Source of the DNA: Balanoglossus misakiensis
Lineage: Eukaryota; Animalia; Hemichordata
Reading direction: 5' to 3'
Length of the DNA stretch: 64,000 bases
Assembly: GCA_040954595.2 (NCBI GenBank)
Contig: CM082597.2
Location: 1,408,886 to 1,472,885, forward strand
Under the pieces are notes generated by a model that worked only from the letters and a program-made list of their open reading frames with translations, did no database searches and was not told the origin of the DNA. The position numbers and the translations under genes were made by a program. Positions 14,304 to 27,398 of the stretch are shown piece by piece; position 1 is the stretch's first letter; each line of letters begins with the position of its first letter.

Positions 14304-17300
14304 AAATACAGGATAGAACGAAAGAACTCAGAAGGTTTATAACCAACAACATGCAATATTTTAAAAGAAAAAAAATACATGATCTACTCCAGCCAGAATT
14401 CATCCGTAGATACTCGAACGTGTCAGGCCGAACATAGGAATCCGATATGCGCAGATGTGCATTGAAACCATCCAGCTTCGCGCGTGTTAGAGGAGTCGGG
14501 TCAAGGGTCATGTTGGAGGGGAACATCTCGCCGTAAAAGCATGAAAAGAGTACAGTCAAGTGATTTCCGGAGAGGGAGATAAGTAATGCTTGTCAAAAAA
14601 TACCATCTGATAAATTCTGAAGTATAGTAAATTTTATCGTGAAGGCACCGATTCAAAACTGTACACAGTATTTACTGTTTTTATAAAATTCGACGTTTTT
14701 ATGTTTGATGTGTTGTCGTGGCAACGATTGGACTATTTTCAGCGTTTGATTGTTCGGTATCTACGGAGTCGCGATATATTTCCACCAGTAAATTCTTAGT
14801 TCGTGGTAACCATATTCTGTAAGAGACTTAAAACACTAAAATCAAGAAAAAATGATATAATAGAAAATTATCAATAAAAATGAGCGAAATGGTGTAAAAA
14901 AAACCTCGCGAGATTTCTGCGAGACTTGCGCATTGGCAGCGACGAACGTCTGTAGTTTCCATGATCCAACTTTACCACATCCGCGATAGATTTCTTTATT
15001 TGAATTAGGCCTCATTTTGCAAGTCATCTTTGATTTAAAGGTAGATATAATTGAAAATGTTTATTTGCGAGTTTTCAGTTCGGCTGTGAAATGCCACTGT
15101 TATGGAATATATGTTAGATTATTTGAGCCTTATATTTCAGTAAATCTATTAATTTAAAAAAAAATTAAAACTTTAATTTGACAAAAAAAATCATAACATT
15201 TCTAATTTTGTAAATTATAGTTTCTATTGAACCAGTTAATTTTTCTAATTTGTATTTCTTCGCGAAGGACTCGGTCTGTAAGCACTTCAATAGTTAAGTT
15301 AGTTTAGTTAGGATAATTTGATTATGAAATATGTTAAATTGGTACTTAGTTAGGATTATTGTTATTTATTAGGTAGGTTTAGTTTAGGCTTAAATTTCTG
15401 AAGTTTTTTGTAGTTGTGTTACTATGAATAGAATGTCAATTTCTTTTGGTCGGAATGTATATTTTCTGTTCTCTATCGCCGGCTGGTGGCGCTCGTTTCT
15501 AGGAGTTCCTGCACCAACACAGCACTCCAGAATATTCAGCTTACTGAAGAATAGAATATTCCATGTTAATATTGGGTTTACCATGGCAACGATCACGATA
15601 ACAATTTACGCGACATACCTATTAAAATTACGTAGATATCTGAATTTTCATGCATCTGCTGTTAATAGATACAATTTTATGCAAATTGTGTCGCTCAACT
15701 TTTGAATTTTAATAAACATATTTGAATCAACTCTCGATGTACATGTAATTTATTTGTCGAGTTGGTATGACCATAACAGAATACAAAGAATCAAAAGGCA
15801 GCGTAATGAAAGCAATCCGAATTCAAATCGATTGTCGTGTGTTTACAGAGGAAGCAATATATTCAGAGAAAACGACCCGCCTGTTGTACATTCCATTTCC
15901 CTTTTCAGCTAATATTGTAACGGTACAGGTGGTTCACCCTTTTAAATAACCCTGTGGGAGTTCCAGAGAAGAACAATCGATGACCAGAATGTCGCGGTCT
16001 GGACACAAAATAACGTGGTTGTAAATTCAGTGTTGGTATCGTCATGAACACATCGAATCCCGCTACTTTATCCCCCGCGACCACAGAATCTCCAAAACAA
16101 ACATCGGCTTTCAAAACGCGGCGAGAAAAGGTACTCTATTTGACACGACCGTGAACATCGCCATGGCAACAACAGCGCCATCTTGGATTGGTGACACTTG
16201 AACACTGCCTGCAGTTCGGGAGTGGCGGTAAGATCTCGTTTAATGGACGGCTTTATAATTGGAACAGCGGACTTGAGGCCGAGGTGATCATTGAGCGAAA
16301 TAGGAATAACACCACAAAGAAGATTTATCACGCGATACAATATCATTAACACACCTGGAGAAAATTGGCACTGGTATCATAGAAGGTAGGCCAATAGTAT
16401 ATCTTGTACAATGTACTGCTATAGTATTTAAAAATTGAGTATTCACTTGAAATAGCCACTGTTTAATTCAATTCATTTATCCAGCTTTCTACGCCATTAT
16501 ATCTCCGAGGAATTTCATTCTTCACAAACATAAGTTGGTTTGTAGTTAAACCTTGGGTGTTGTAGTGTAGTTGTGTGTGTACTGTTTGACGCTGATGTTG
16601 TCCGTTCGTTCAGTGCTTCCTATTCAAACTAGAAGGCCTCCAGGTCATTTGTAGCCGACAAATCTGTGTCATGTCTTTTCAGTGTACACTCAGCCATTTA
16701 AAAGCCAAATACAAAAGGGATATATGGAAATCAGTTAGCTCACATTCAAAATCATAGGCTACTAGGATTTTGTGTTAATATCTATAAATATAAGTGTTGC
16801 TAATAACAAGCTTTCTAACTAGTTGATTTCATAATACCGAATTGTACTTCAATCCAGAGAGAGGGGGAGATAGAAAAAAAGAAAGCCCGTGGTGGCTTCG
16901 AATGTTAACAGTATTGTAACTGTGTTGGTACATAATAATATTTGTTATCCATCCAAAAACCTGACAACCTGTCAAACGAAAGACGATACGACGACCGTTG
17001 CAAGTACGTCTACCGCGAGTGTTACATTTCAGGTGGTTCTGTTGTTATGTAAATAAAGGTTGACATGTCTGTACAGGTCACTCTGTTGTGCCTTTTGAAA
17101 AGAAACGAAAGTAAATCAGTTTGTCAAATATACTATGTCAAAGGTTATATGTGAATGAATGGATTGGTGGATGAATGAATGAATGGGGGTAGGTTGATGG
17201 ACGGACGGACGGTCTAACTACAATGTAGTTGTCTAAGGCACGAGAGAGGGGTCATTCATGTTCAAATACTTTCATATAATTCACGTAGGTCTTATCGTTT

Positions 17301-17365
17301 AATTATGCAGAATTCATAAAACAGTGACACAGCTGATTGGTCTCCTCTACCGGTGACGTAACAAT

Positions 17366-18985
17366 ATGGCGGACGTCAGCTCCATGCACGTGATGATTTC
17401 GTATAACTGGGACCATCAGAGTCAAGTTGTTCTCATTAAAGAGAAACTTGAGAGGAAAGGCTATAAAGTATGGATAGATTTGGATAATATGCGTGGTAGG
17501 TGACTCGTACATTTAGTTACTATATTATAATAATTTGGTTTTGATGCACAATTTATTCTGACAACATTGAATGTTTAATGATATTTTTGTCCATTTTTTC
17601 CTCATACCATACCAGGCAACATAAACAGAGCGATGGCGGAAGGTGTTGAAGGCGCATGCGTAATTCTCATGTGTGTGACCGAGGCCTACAAAAGTTCTTT
17701 CAATTGTGAGAAGGAGGCTGGTTATGCGGACTCCCTCAGAAAACCCATAATTCCACTCAAACTAGAACGAGACGTGAGGTTCGGTAAGACAACTAAAATA
17801 AACTTAACGAAAAAAATACACCTTAAAGCCAAACTTTTTTCCTTCCATGTTGTGCTGAAGGCAACTTCCGAATCTTTCAGGGGGGGGGGGGGGGCTAATT
17901 GTTATTCAAAATGGCTGCCATCACACCACGTTCAAATGCAGTAACTGTAAATTGGCCATGCTTTATTACAGATGGTTGGGTGGGACCGATCGTCGGGAGT
18001 AAACTTTGGTTTGACTTCTCTGAAATGCACCAACTGGACCAAAAGATTGAGAGCCTTGATGCGGAAATGACGTCAACAGGGATGAAGGACTTGGCCTTCA
18101 ACCCGGATGCAAAACCTCGTAAGTTTTACGACATAATTTTGCAATCAAAATACCACAGCGATAAAGGAATTCGAAGTGGCCGGGTTTCCAAACTTCCCAC
18201 ATTTTTAAATATATTGTCTGTCAATATAGTAAGGACGCATTTCATTTGAAAGAATTCGCTTTTTGTAACAGATTTTGAAAATTCATTTACAGATTTTATG
18301 TCTCTCGATATGGATGGCATTTATAATTGGCTCAAGGATTTGTCCATCGATGACGTCACAGCAAAGATCTTCAGAGAAAATTGTGTCACTGGGAAAGACT
18401 TGGCTGTCCTTTCAAAGGAGGAGCTTGTTGGTAAAGACTTCAAAATCCGCCCGTTTGTTGCCACCAAGATTCTACGTAACAGGGATGAAGCGATGGGGGT
18501 GCTTCCGCCAGACATAACAGCCAGGTGTAGCACGCCCTCTGAGATGGGGATCACTTCCGGTGCGGCCGAGGAAGAAAGCAAGAAGAAGGCGACGACAAGG
18601 AAAGAGAAACTCTCAGCTACAACAACTTCAGTGAGAACGCAACGTAGGTGTTACATTTTCTCGGTTACTGAAGAAGCAGTCACGCAGAAGATTTCGCATT
18701 TGTGATCACGTTTTTCAGTCATAATTTAGAAGAAAAGATTTGGAGTCAGGCAGGAGTAAGTGATAGAGTAACATAGGCCTATTCTGAACTGGCACTATCT
18801 AGAAGTCATAGTATAATATGTACTATCATGATGTTCATGTTTGTCTCTGTTTAATAGCAACATCGAAAATACAATACAAGAAAGGTGACCGAGTAGAAGT
18901 ATATTGGTCAAGCTCGTGGTTCAAAGCGGAAGTCATAGATGAAGGACCACGACATCTACTGAAGGTCTGAGTTTTGAGAACACAC

Positions 18986-19079
<94 letters not shown>

Positions 19080-20474
19080 GAGAGGGGAGAGAGAGAGAGG
19101 TACTGGTTTTGCATTGATATATCGAGGAGGAAGGGGGGATTTCCACAATGATGTAATCTTCTACATTCCCAACATTTACATTTCTTTAGATCCATTACGA
19201 AGGATGGGCAAGCTCCTACGATGAAAAAGTCGACATTGCCGATTGTTCGACAAAGGATGGATCCATGCTTAAAGATATTAAAAAGGTAATGGTTTCTTCT
19301 GTACTTCCAAGCAGAAATTACCTAAATGTTGTTATCGATGCTGCATGCTGTGCTAAGTTTTGATATAATGTGCATGTTGTAGAGTTCATTAGAGGGAAGC
19401 GAAAGAAAACGGAAGTTGTTGGCAGCCATGTTTGATAGCGCCCCCATAAGAGCAATATTTCTTTTTTTCCAGGTTAAGATCGGCGACAAACTGACTTATA
19501 ACTCCTATGACGTAAGCGTGGTTGAAATCATCACATGCTGTTGCAAGATCCGTTACGATGGTTACGGGTCGTCATGGGATACGTGGGTTTTACCCGATGA
19601 AGTGAAGCTGGTTTCCAGGGGAACCGCGAGTAGTGAGAGTAAGACGAGCGCTTCAGAATCGTTGATGCAGAATGTCAAGTACAAGGTCGGCGACCCTGTT
19701 TCTATATGGTGGTCGAAGACGTGGTACTCAGGCAAGGTGATAGAAAATGGACCACGCATTTCATTTAAGGTGACTGATCTCAACGTCAGAATAGTTGTGT
19801 GCGGTTCTCCTCGACTAGATTCAAACGAGCGCCCGCACATGGCTGAATTTTCAGTTTCGGATCCAGTCTCATCCTGAATGATAGGTTACATATGCATGTT
19901 TTCGAGACGTGATTTCGAAGATGAATATAAAGCAAAGATTGTCTACTTACCATATTTTGAAAAAGAAATATTTCTAGCAATTACATTTTGGTCTCATCTC
20001 AGGATATTGATCTTTTCCCAGATACATTACGATGGTTGGGACTCTTCTTATGACGAAAGCGTTGACGTCACAAAATGTAAATGGAGCGATGGAACGAAAA
20101 TAAACGATCCTATCAAGGTGAGGTTAGAAAAAAATTGCCATTTTTTAAACCGAAATTTTGTATGTAATATAAAGCTGAAACATATGATGTTCGCTCTAAA
20201 ATGCGGCCTGAAATTTTGCTCGATTCCCACATGTACATGTATATCGGCAGCTGCAGTTTATAAAGCTTCAGTTAAATAATATTTCGATTTACTGTCCTAT
20301 TTTCTATTATATGTCAAGGTGAAAAAGGGCGACAAGTTGAAAACAGAATGGGGGACCTCTTGGTACGACTCGACGGTGTTAGAAGTCACATTTGCGGTGT
20401 GTAAGGTGCGATACGACAACTATGGGACAAATTGGGACACGTGGTGTACACCTGATGAAGTGAAGCCCAAGTGA
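17366..20474 (+). CDS. TIR_2 - SAM - four Tudor-knot/chromo-barrel-like domain protein
   Basis: Nine GT-AG exons in frame: 17366-17495, 17616-17783, 17972-18118, 18272-18643, 18858-18964, 19190-19285, 19473-19769, 20022-20117, 20319-20474. TIR: HVMISYNWDHQ..GYKVWID..MAEGVEGA..YKSSFNCEKEAGYA..KPIIPL. SAM: IYNWLKDL..IFRENCVTGKDLAVLSKEEL..KI. Tudor-like: KGDRVEVYW..W..AEV..KIHYEGW..YDE and KIRYDGYGSSWDTWV, each present twice. Confidence 0.85.
18989..19077 (+). repeat. (GA)n microsatellite in intron of TIR-SAM-Tudor gene
   Basis: Long uninterrupted GA run visible in the sequence. Confidence 0.97.
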
Positions 20475-21863
20475 ACATATCTCCCGGTATTAGCCGTGAA
20501 TGACAATTGAAAATTTAATAAAATTATCATTTTAATCGTTCCGCCATTTTAATGACTAGTGTAATACTCTGGTAGTTCTTGTATCGTTAGTACATTTGTA
20601 CAAGTGTTAATAATCGCTGACGAATTTTCGTTGTAGCCTATGTCAACATATGGTGAAATTTCATGTGAGAAACCCACCAATGTTGGTGACATTGATTGTT
20701 ATATAATCAACTACGTACTTCGAAAGTAAGTAATATACACATTGGGTTGTGTCATGCTTGTGTCAGGGAAATACAAATGTATTTAGAAAGTAAGTAAACA
20801 CTTAAGAAATGTATTAATTTTGTGAAAAAAGCTTGGTACATTGATTTGGTTCATTTTGTTGTCACCCCCTCCTTGCAAATATGCACGCGCGCCCTATAAC
20901 GCACTGATTGGATGACTGGTCCGTCTCTTGTGTTACACCTTTGACATCAAGGTGGCATTGGGCTGATGGTGAAAATATTTCACTGGCTTTGCTGTCTCCT
21001 TGATCAACCAAGAGCCACGCTTCTACACAAAGTTTGATTTCAAACACGATGACGTCACCCCCACCAAAGACCGAGTGGCTGGACTCTCACCTGTGTGTCG
21101 ATTGTGAATATTTAATCAGCAAGGGGTCAAGACGGGTCACGGTACTAGAGTTACCGAGGTACAAAGGCCACTAGATTTTGCGTTTCCTCAATGCTTACAG
21201 CCGGGTCTTCAAACACGACGGCCGTGTTCTAGGACAACGCTGTGAAGGAAGTAGACCTGTGCAGTACCAGCAAACGTCATACATTTTCGGTAAGCCTGTA
21301 ATTCGTCCAATGATCACAAGAAGTGTCGCGGTGTTTGCGCTAGATGTTTCCTTTCAATCAATGCGCAGGTTATTTATTGGGTTAAGGTGCAGTCTTTTAT
21401 TGGTAGTATGTTATGTAGTATGTTATGTACAAGTAAGACACCAGACGTAACTTAGACTGAAATATAGTCACAGTATTTACTGAGCTGTGCAAAATAGCTC
21501 AGAATTCGAAACGGCGTGGTCCAATTTGTACGAAGCATTGATTCACCCTGATGTGAATAATTACAGGGTTCACCCAATCATATTGTTCAGTAATAACTCG
21601 CGCGCAATGATTCCCGTGTTTCTATTGGCTGTTTACGCGTCACATAACCAGATTTAAATAATGTTGACTAGCAGTGCACATCTGTTGTGCCAGTGTACCG
21701 TGGCAATATGGCGGATGAAGGACATCTCGATTTCTCGATCTCAGACGACGAATTACTCGAAGCTAAATACACGACTGAAGAAATGTTACTTGGATTCTAA
21801 TTTTAGTATATACAAGGGGCTCGGCAGACGCGGGACAGAGTTGGGAAGAAGTGACGTCACAAC

Positions 21864-23150
21864 ATGGCGAGTAAAAAGAAAGGTTCGCACGTGATGCTGT
21901 CGTATTGTTGGGGCGATAACCAAGAACTGGTGAAGAAAATCAAGACGGAGTTGAACAAGAGAGGATACCAGACGTGGATGGATTTGGATCAAATGGCAGG
22001 TCAGGAAGTTATCCCTTGTGACCTTGATACACCTTGTCTGTCTGTCTGTTCGTCTCGCTCTGTCTGTCTGTCTGTCTCTCTCTCTCACTGTCATTATTGA
22101 GCCGTATACCACTCTCACACACGAGGAAAATAACAGGCCTCCACGTTTCATTTGTGAACAGGTAACATCAACCGAGCAATGGCAGAGGGCGTAGAGGGCG
22201 CCTATGCTGTACTCATGTGCGTTGGTCAAATGTACATGAAATCGAGAAATTGCGAGAAAGAGGCTGGCTACGCAGATTCAAAACAGAAACCGATTTTGAC
22301 GGTCATTGTGGACAATGGCCTCGTCCTTGGTAAGTAAAGGTTCAATATGCCATGAACACATAGTATGATATTCAAATTATTGCTGTCTTCCTCCCTGCAT
22401 ATTGTACTCAGATGACCTATGTGTAAATCACGTGACCGGTGACCCGGAAGGTCAAAGTTTTACATAGCACATCACTTGCAGTTGTCTCCCCTCATCCTCA
22501 TGAGCAAAACTATTATTCTATTTTCAGAGGGCTGGGCAGGGCTGATTAACGGCAGTCGCCTCTATTATGATTTCTCGGACCCAGCAAATTTCGAGAGTAA
22601 ATTGGAAGAGTTGGACAAGGCGTTGAAACCCATTAAAGGAGTTGCAGAATCCGAAGGAAAGGGTACGTCATAAATTTCATAAAATGAAAACAAAATGGCC
22701 GACTTCCGTCACACTACTGAGAGACAACTTACAACGTTACTGCATATCATAAACAGACAATCACCTATGTTTCTTTATTGTAGAATTGAAATAACGTAAT
22801 TTTAGTCCACATGATCGTAAAAATACGTGTTGAATTTCTTTTGCATTAGCTTCTTATTAATTATCGAATGCAATCTCTGTATTACCTACAGTTTCTAATA
22901 ACAATTTTTACTTCACAGGGACAGAGAGTAAACCCAAGAAACAACGTGAGTACAGAATAATTTCATACACCTATGTCTTCTGTTCTGTTTATTGGTTTAC
23001 TGGTCCATTTATAGGCGTAGGGGTGGGGCTCAACAGAACAGGAATTTGACAAGCGTGGGTGTTCTTGTTTCTTCAGCACGGCGAACGGAAAAAGAGAGAC
23101 TTTCGCAGCTGTCGGCAGCACACCTCGGTGAATTTGATCTTCAGGGGTGA
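21864..23150 (+). CDS. TIR_2-only protein, tandem paralog of the upstream TIR gene
   Basis: Exons 21864-21999, 22162-22329, 22528-22662, 22919-22945, 23077-23150: HVMLSYCWGDNQ..GYQTWMDLDQMAG|NINRAMAEGVEGA..SRNCEKEAGYA..KPIL|EGWAGLINGSRLYYDFS. The first three intron positions and phases match the upstream gene. The last two exons are less certain. Confidence 0.85.
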
Positions 23151-23436
23151 CGTCATGTCGTCTGCGTCCACTGAACGATCTATTTCTTCTGATCTATTCC
23201 ATCCACTTCCTGTCTCTGGGACGTATATAGAGTTCTATGTATAAAACTGGTGTTGGAACTTATATTCTATGCACTGTATCTCAAGTAGACGTTTCTTAGT
23301 ACAAAAATGAGTAGTTCTACGAATTAATTTTTAGATGGCATTTTTAAAGAATTGTGTTAACTGTTTATTGTAGTTGGCAAGTTCATAACGATAACTATTC
23401 CGTCCATATCCGCATGTCCGTTTAAGTTTGTAGATC

Positions 23437-24595
23437 CTAACAACTTAGCTTTAAGATCACACACCCGATTAAAGTGTACAGATAAAACTGTGAGCATATG
23501 AAAATTGGTGCCTCGCTTGGCGTTGGTGATGACATCACGGTCTCGTCCGCCATTGTTGTTGGGTCTGGCGCACGCGCGTTCACCGTGAGATTGGTAGTTC
23601 CGGTTTCTTGGACGACTTGCATTCCGATAATATATCTGGCGGTGCATTCGTATTGGCCCTCGTCGTATTCTGTAATTGTAGAAATTTTAAGGGAACCATT
23701 GTTGACGATAGCGTACCTGCAAAAGAATCAGTTATAATCAAGGCATTATGGAATTATATTATGGAATTTAATTGTGCAATGTGCACATTTTCATCACGTG
23801 ACTCTCGTGCTTCCATATTTACCTGTCATCAACTGAGGTTGTCGTGAGGTCAGACATCACCATCCTGACAAGAAAAGTCGTTGTACTGTCTTCTAGCACT
23901 CTTTTCCACTCCACCACGCTACTTGCGATGCTGTCAGGCACACCAGAGTAAGCACAAAACAAAATGGCGTCGGCGTCGCCTACCGTTGCATTTTGCTGTT
24001 CATTGACAACCACTTCCAGTGACGTCACCAGAAAGATGACTGAAAATATAGGTTTAAGACATATTGAGCATATTCTACATATCCTCCAGATTGATTTTTA
24101 ACGTCAATATTGTCTTATTATGAGGCCAGGAGGTCAAAAGGTAAAAAACCAACAGCAGGTTACTCGATACTCGATACTACGCGAATTATTAACACCGCTT
24201 GGTTCCATAACTTTGTTCTCAGTTTACAGAATCGAAACATTACAGCTATCACAAGTATTTTCGATTTTCTTATAAACAATGTGCGGCTAAGCAAAATTTT
24301 TGTGTGACTATTAAAGGGTGGGGCTTTTATTTACATCGAAGCAGAATACTGAAAATTGAATCTTTTCTAAATTTAAAGAAAACTTTTTGATTCGGTGTAG
24401 CTGTCAGTGTTTATTGGGCCAACACGTTACTGGACAGATATGAGCTTTCTTATATACACGTATCGACATACTTGTACATAGAGTTATAGTTTACATGTCC
24501 ATGTTTTACTGAGAATCATCAAATCTAAATTTCTATAAAAATGGGTGATCCGACTTACCCTCAAAGACCAATAAGAACCGCAGTATCGTCGCCAT
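23437..24595 (-). CDS. Single V-set Ig domain protein A (signal peptide, split V exon, GPI-like tail)
   Basis: Leader exon 24559-24595 (MATILRFLLVFE); half-V exon 23823-24039 (LFCAYSG..VEWKR); exon 23437-23716 (SLKISTITEYDEGQYEC, Thr/Pro stalk, hydrophobic C-terminus). Confidence 0.85.
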
Positions 24596-25064
24596 GGATA
24601 CACCGTGAGTGATAATCGTACTCTTCGGAACGCAACAGAATTCGTTGTTGGAGCAACCTGACTGCAGTACTTGCAATTATAAGTCTTCCTTCTTGAGGTC
24701 AATAAAGTTCAGACGTTTTAAGGAATGGTTCATTTCGCACGTCAGGGTGGGGCACCACAAAAGCAACTGTGAAGCTTTTGTATTAAGTATTGTAATTTAT
24801 TGTAAATAAATCCTCGAAAAACATAATTGAATCATTAGTTCAAAAATTAGAAGAATTCACCAAATGAACGCGAAAACAAAAATGTGCACAGTGGGATCTT
24901 CATGTTATCCGCGTTGGGGGCGCTTGCGTTACCAGAGTGTGCTCAGTCATTTTTCTACTTTAGCGGCTTTCTAACATTAGAATTTTTTAAAACATTCCCA
25001 TTACATGCTACAGAGTTAAATCGTTGCTGGCGACTCCTTGTCACACACTTTTTGAGATTTGAAC

Positions 25065-26752
25065 TTAATTGAAATCCCATAAACCTAGACTGAACAGAGC
25101 GACTAAGAGCAACGCGTACATGTAAAACGGACCACTGCTGATAGTGTGAGCACTGTCTGGGTCTGATATTTTGTGCGGAGCCGGTTTTGTGGTGTCGTCT
25201 GCGGGACTTTTTGACTTCGGAATTGGCTTCGTGGCGGCCATCTTGGTCGGCTTCACAGTCTCCCCTGGGAGTGATCGCTTGGTGGCGCTTTGAGTAGATG
25301 CTGCCCTTGGCTTTCCTGCTGGTGACCCCGTGGTTGGTTCTGTGGCCATGTGCGCGTGCGTGAACTCATGCGCGATCACCACCAGCAGGACTGTTGAGGA
25401 ATCTGTGGTCACTCTTCCTTCATAGAGATACCTAACGCTGCAGATGTGTTCCGCATTGTCATCCAAGCCTACATTGCTTATTTGCAACGATGCACTGTCG
25501 ACGATGACGTACCTGCAGGTTGAAATTGTGAAAAGGGACTTGAACTTGGTAAACAAAAAGGTGATTTTTACTATGAAAACAAGACGGTGAATTTTCGCGG
25601 TTTACCTTCTATCTGTGTACGTCGGCATTCCACCATCAACAGCCTTCATCGCGAGAGTTACCGGCGAACCGGTGGGAGCGACTCTTTTCCATTCCAGGGT
25701 CACACTTGTAGCGCCCTCAGGCACGCCCGAGTAGGAGCAATGCAGAATGGTGGTGCTGTGTTGAGTGGCATTTTGCTCAGCGTTCGTTGTCACTTCTAGT
25801 GACGTCACAAGACAAATACCTGCAACAGATGGATGAAAAGAAAGATGGCCGCTTAGTAATTCGGATCGTTGGTGGCGTGCGATTAAATCTTGCAGAATCA
25901 TAATTCTTTACACAAATGACTTGAATGGAACGTCGATGCAATGTAAATTCGTCTCGATGTCAGAAATAGAGCTACTGCAGAAGCTGTGAAAATACCTCCT
26001 GATGTATAGAAAAGAACTCGAACGAGTGTCCACATTCTTATCTGATGATAAAGATGGCGACAGGTGGACTCTGTGACGTCAGACGTGGACCATCAATCAC
26101 CAGAAGCTATTTGTGACACGTGACACAGAAAAGCTCGCGCACAAATCGATTTCGCAGATGTGTGTTCCAACTTCTGTCTACACGTCACATGAGATAAATC
26201 AGCAGGGAGTTATCTTCGGAATCTGTTCAAACTTTCTGGCTGAATTATGCTTTTTGCGTTTTGGTGCCGGCAACTTCATATATTTGTAGTCATACCAGCT
26301 TCATTACTAACAGTTTTTTTGTTAGAAGGGAAGCCTTCATCTCAGTAATTTTGCCAGTTCTATCTAATAGTAATATTGCCGAATAATTGGTACTTAAATT
26401 ATTTTCTGATCACCAGAGACAGATGGCCACTGTAAGATACTATGCAAAAATCGCCATACCAACTTTAGGAGTGTAAAACCCAGCAATACACAGTTTATGC
26501 CATGCACTTCACCGTTCGTAGTTTTTTGCGTTGATAATTTTAAGTGATTTGATAGTTATTCATTCATAAAGTTTTTAAGAACAGGTGAACTGTAAAAGAA
26601 AACTGGTCTTTTTATGGATTGTCAAACCAGCTACATACCCTGTATTCACACACAAAGTGACGATGAAAAGTATATAACTATTTTTCGTCTCGTTTTGACA
26701 TACAACGGTGACCTATCGACTTACCTGTGAAAAGAAACAGCAATCGAAGCAT
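25065..26752 (-). CDS. Single V-set Ig domain protein B with long mucin-like stalk and GPI-like tail
   Basis: Leader 26725-26752 (MLRLLFLFT); half-V 25606-25819 (LHCSYSG..LEWKR); exon 25065-25512 (ASLQISNVGLDDNAEHIC, S/T/P/K stalk, SSG followed by YMYALLLVALFSLGLW). Confidence 0.85.
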
Positions 26753-27398
26753 GTTGACGGGTGTAATGAAGCCACGCGCCGCACTTTCCTTGGTGTTGCT
26801 TCAAAACCTCGTCTTGACGGATCTCACTGCAGGCTTTGCAAGAATGTTTTGCCGTGCTATCACGTCGCTTCAAGGGATGGGTGAAAATACAACCCGGGGG
26901 AGGGGTTACATGATCATAAATACTGTCTTGTGAATCTGCAACTGGCTTAGCAACCTCGCTCACGGCCACTCTTGCTCACACGTCTCAGGCGATTTATAAC
27001 TCGCTAAAACAACCACTCAAAAAGTTTAAGTTGCGACATGGATGACGAATATGAAAACCTCGGTTCCTATCAATAATTTATGAGGGGATAGTTATATTTA
27101 TTACTCACAGATGCTTCACAATCATTTAGTGGGCGGTGCGAAAATACAAATGCCTCTCTAGACTGAAAGAGCGCCCGCAAACGACTGAGTCTTTTAGTCT
27201 AATGTCTCTCACTCAGAACGGAATTCTATACCGTGCGTACAGTGGAGTGGTTGAACTAGAATAAGTCACAAATATTGTTTTAAAACATTACCGCAAAAGC
27301 GGAAAGCAAAAATACTGTTTTTGATAAGTTCTTTCTTTGTCACAAACTCAAAATGAAGTACATTTTGTCCCTCAAAGGCAGCATAGGAAACTATTCTG

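Noticed and set aside
15767-16370. Coding-looking stretch between the O-FucT and TIR genes
   Set aside because: All frames are interrupted by stops and no domain was recognisable.
18835-19195. Ser-Leu repeat ORFs; also FIYL repeat ORFs near 51400
   Set aside because: Translations of microsatellites.
24880-24930. CACAGTG heptamer between Ig genes suggesting V(D)J-like rearrangement
   Set aside because: No correctly spaced nonamer, not abutting a V exon, no FGxG J segments; each V gene is complete in the germline.
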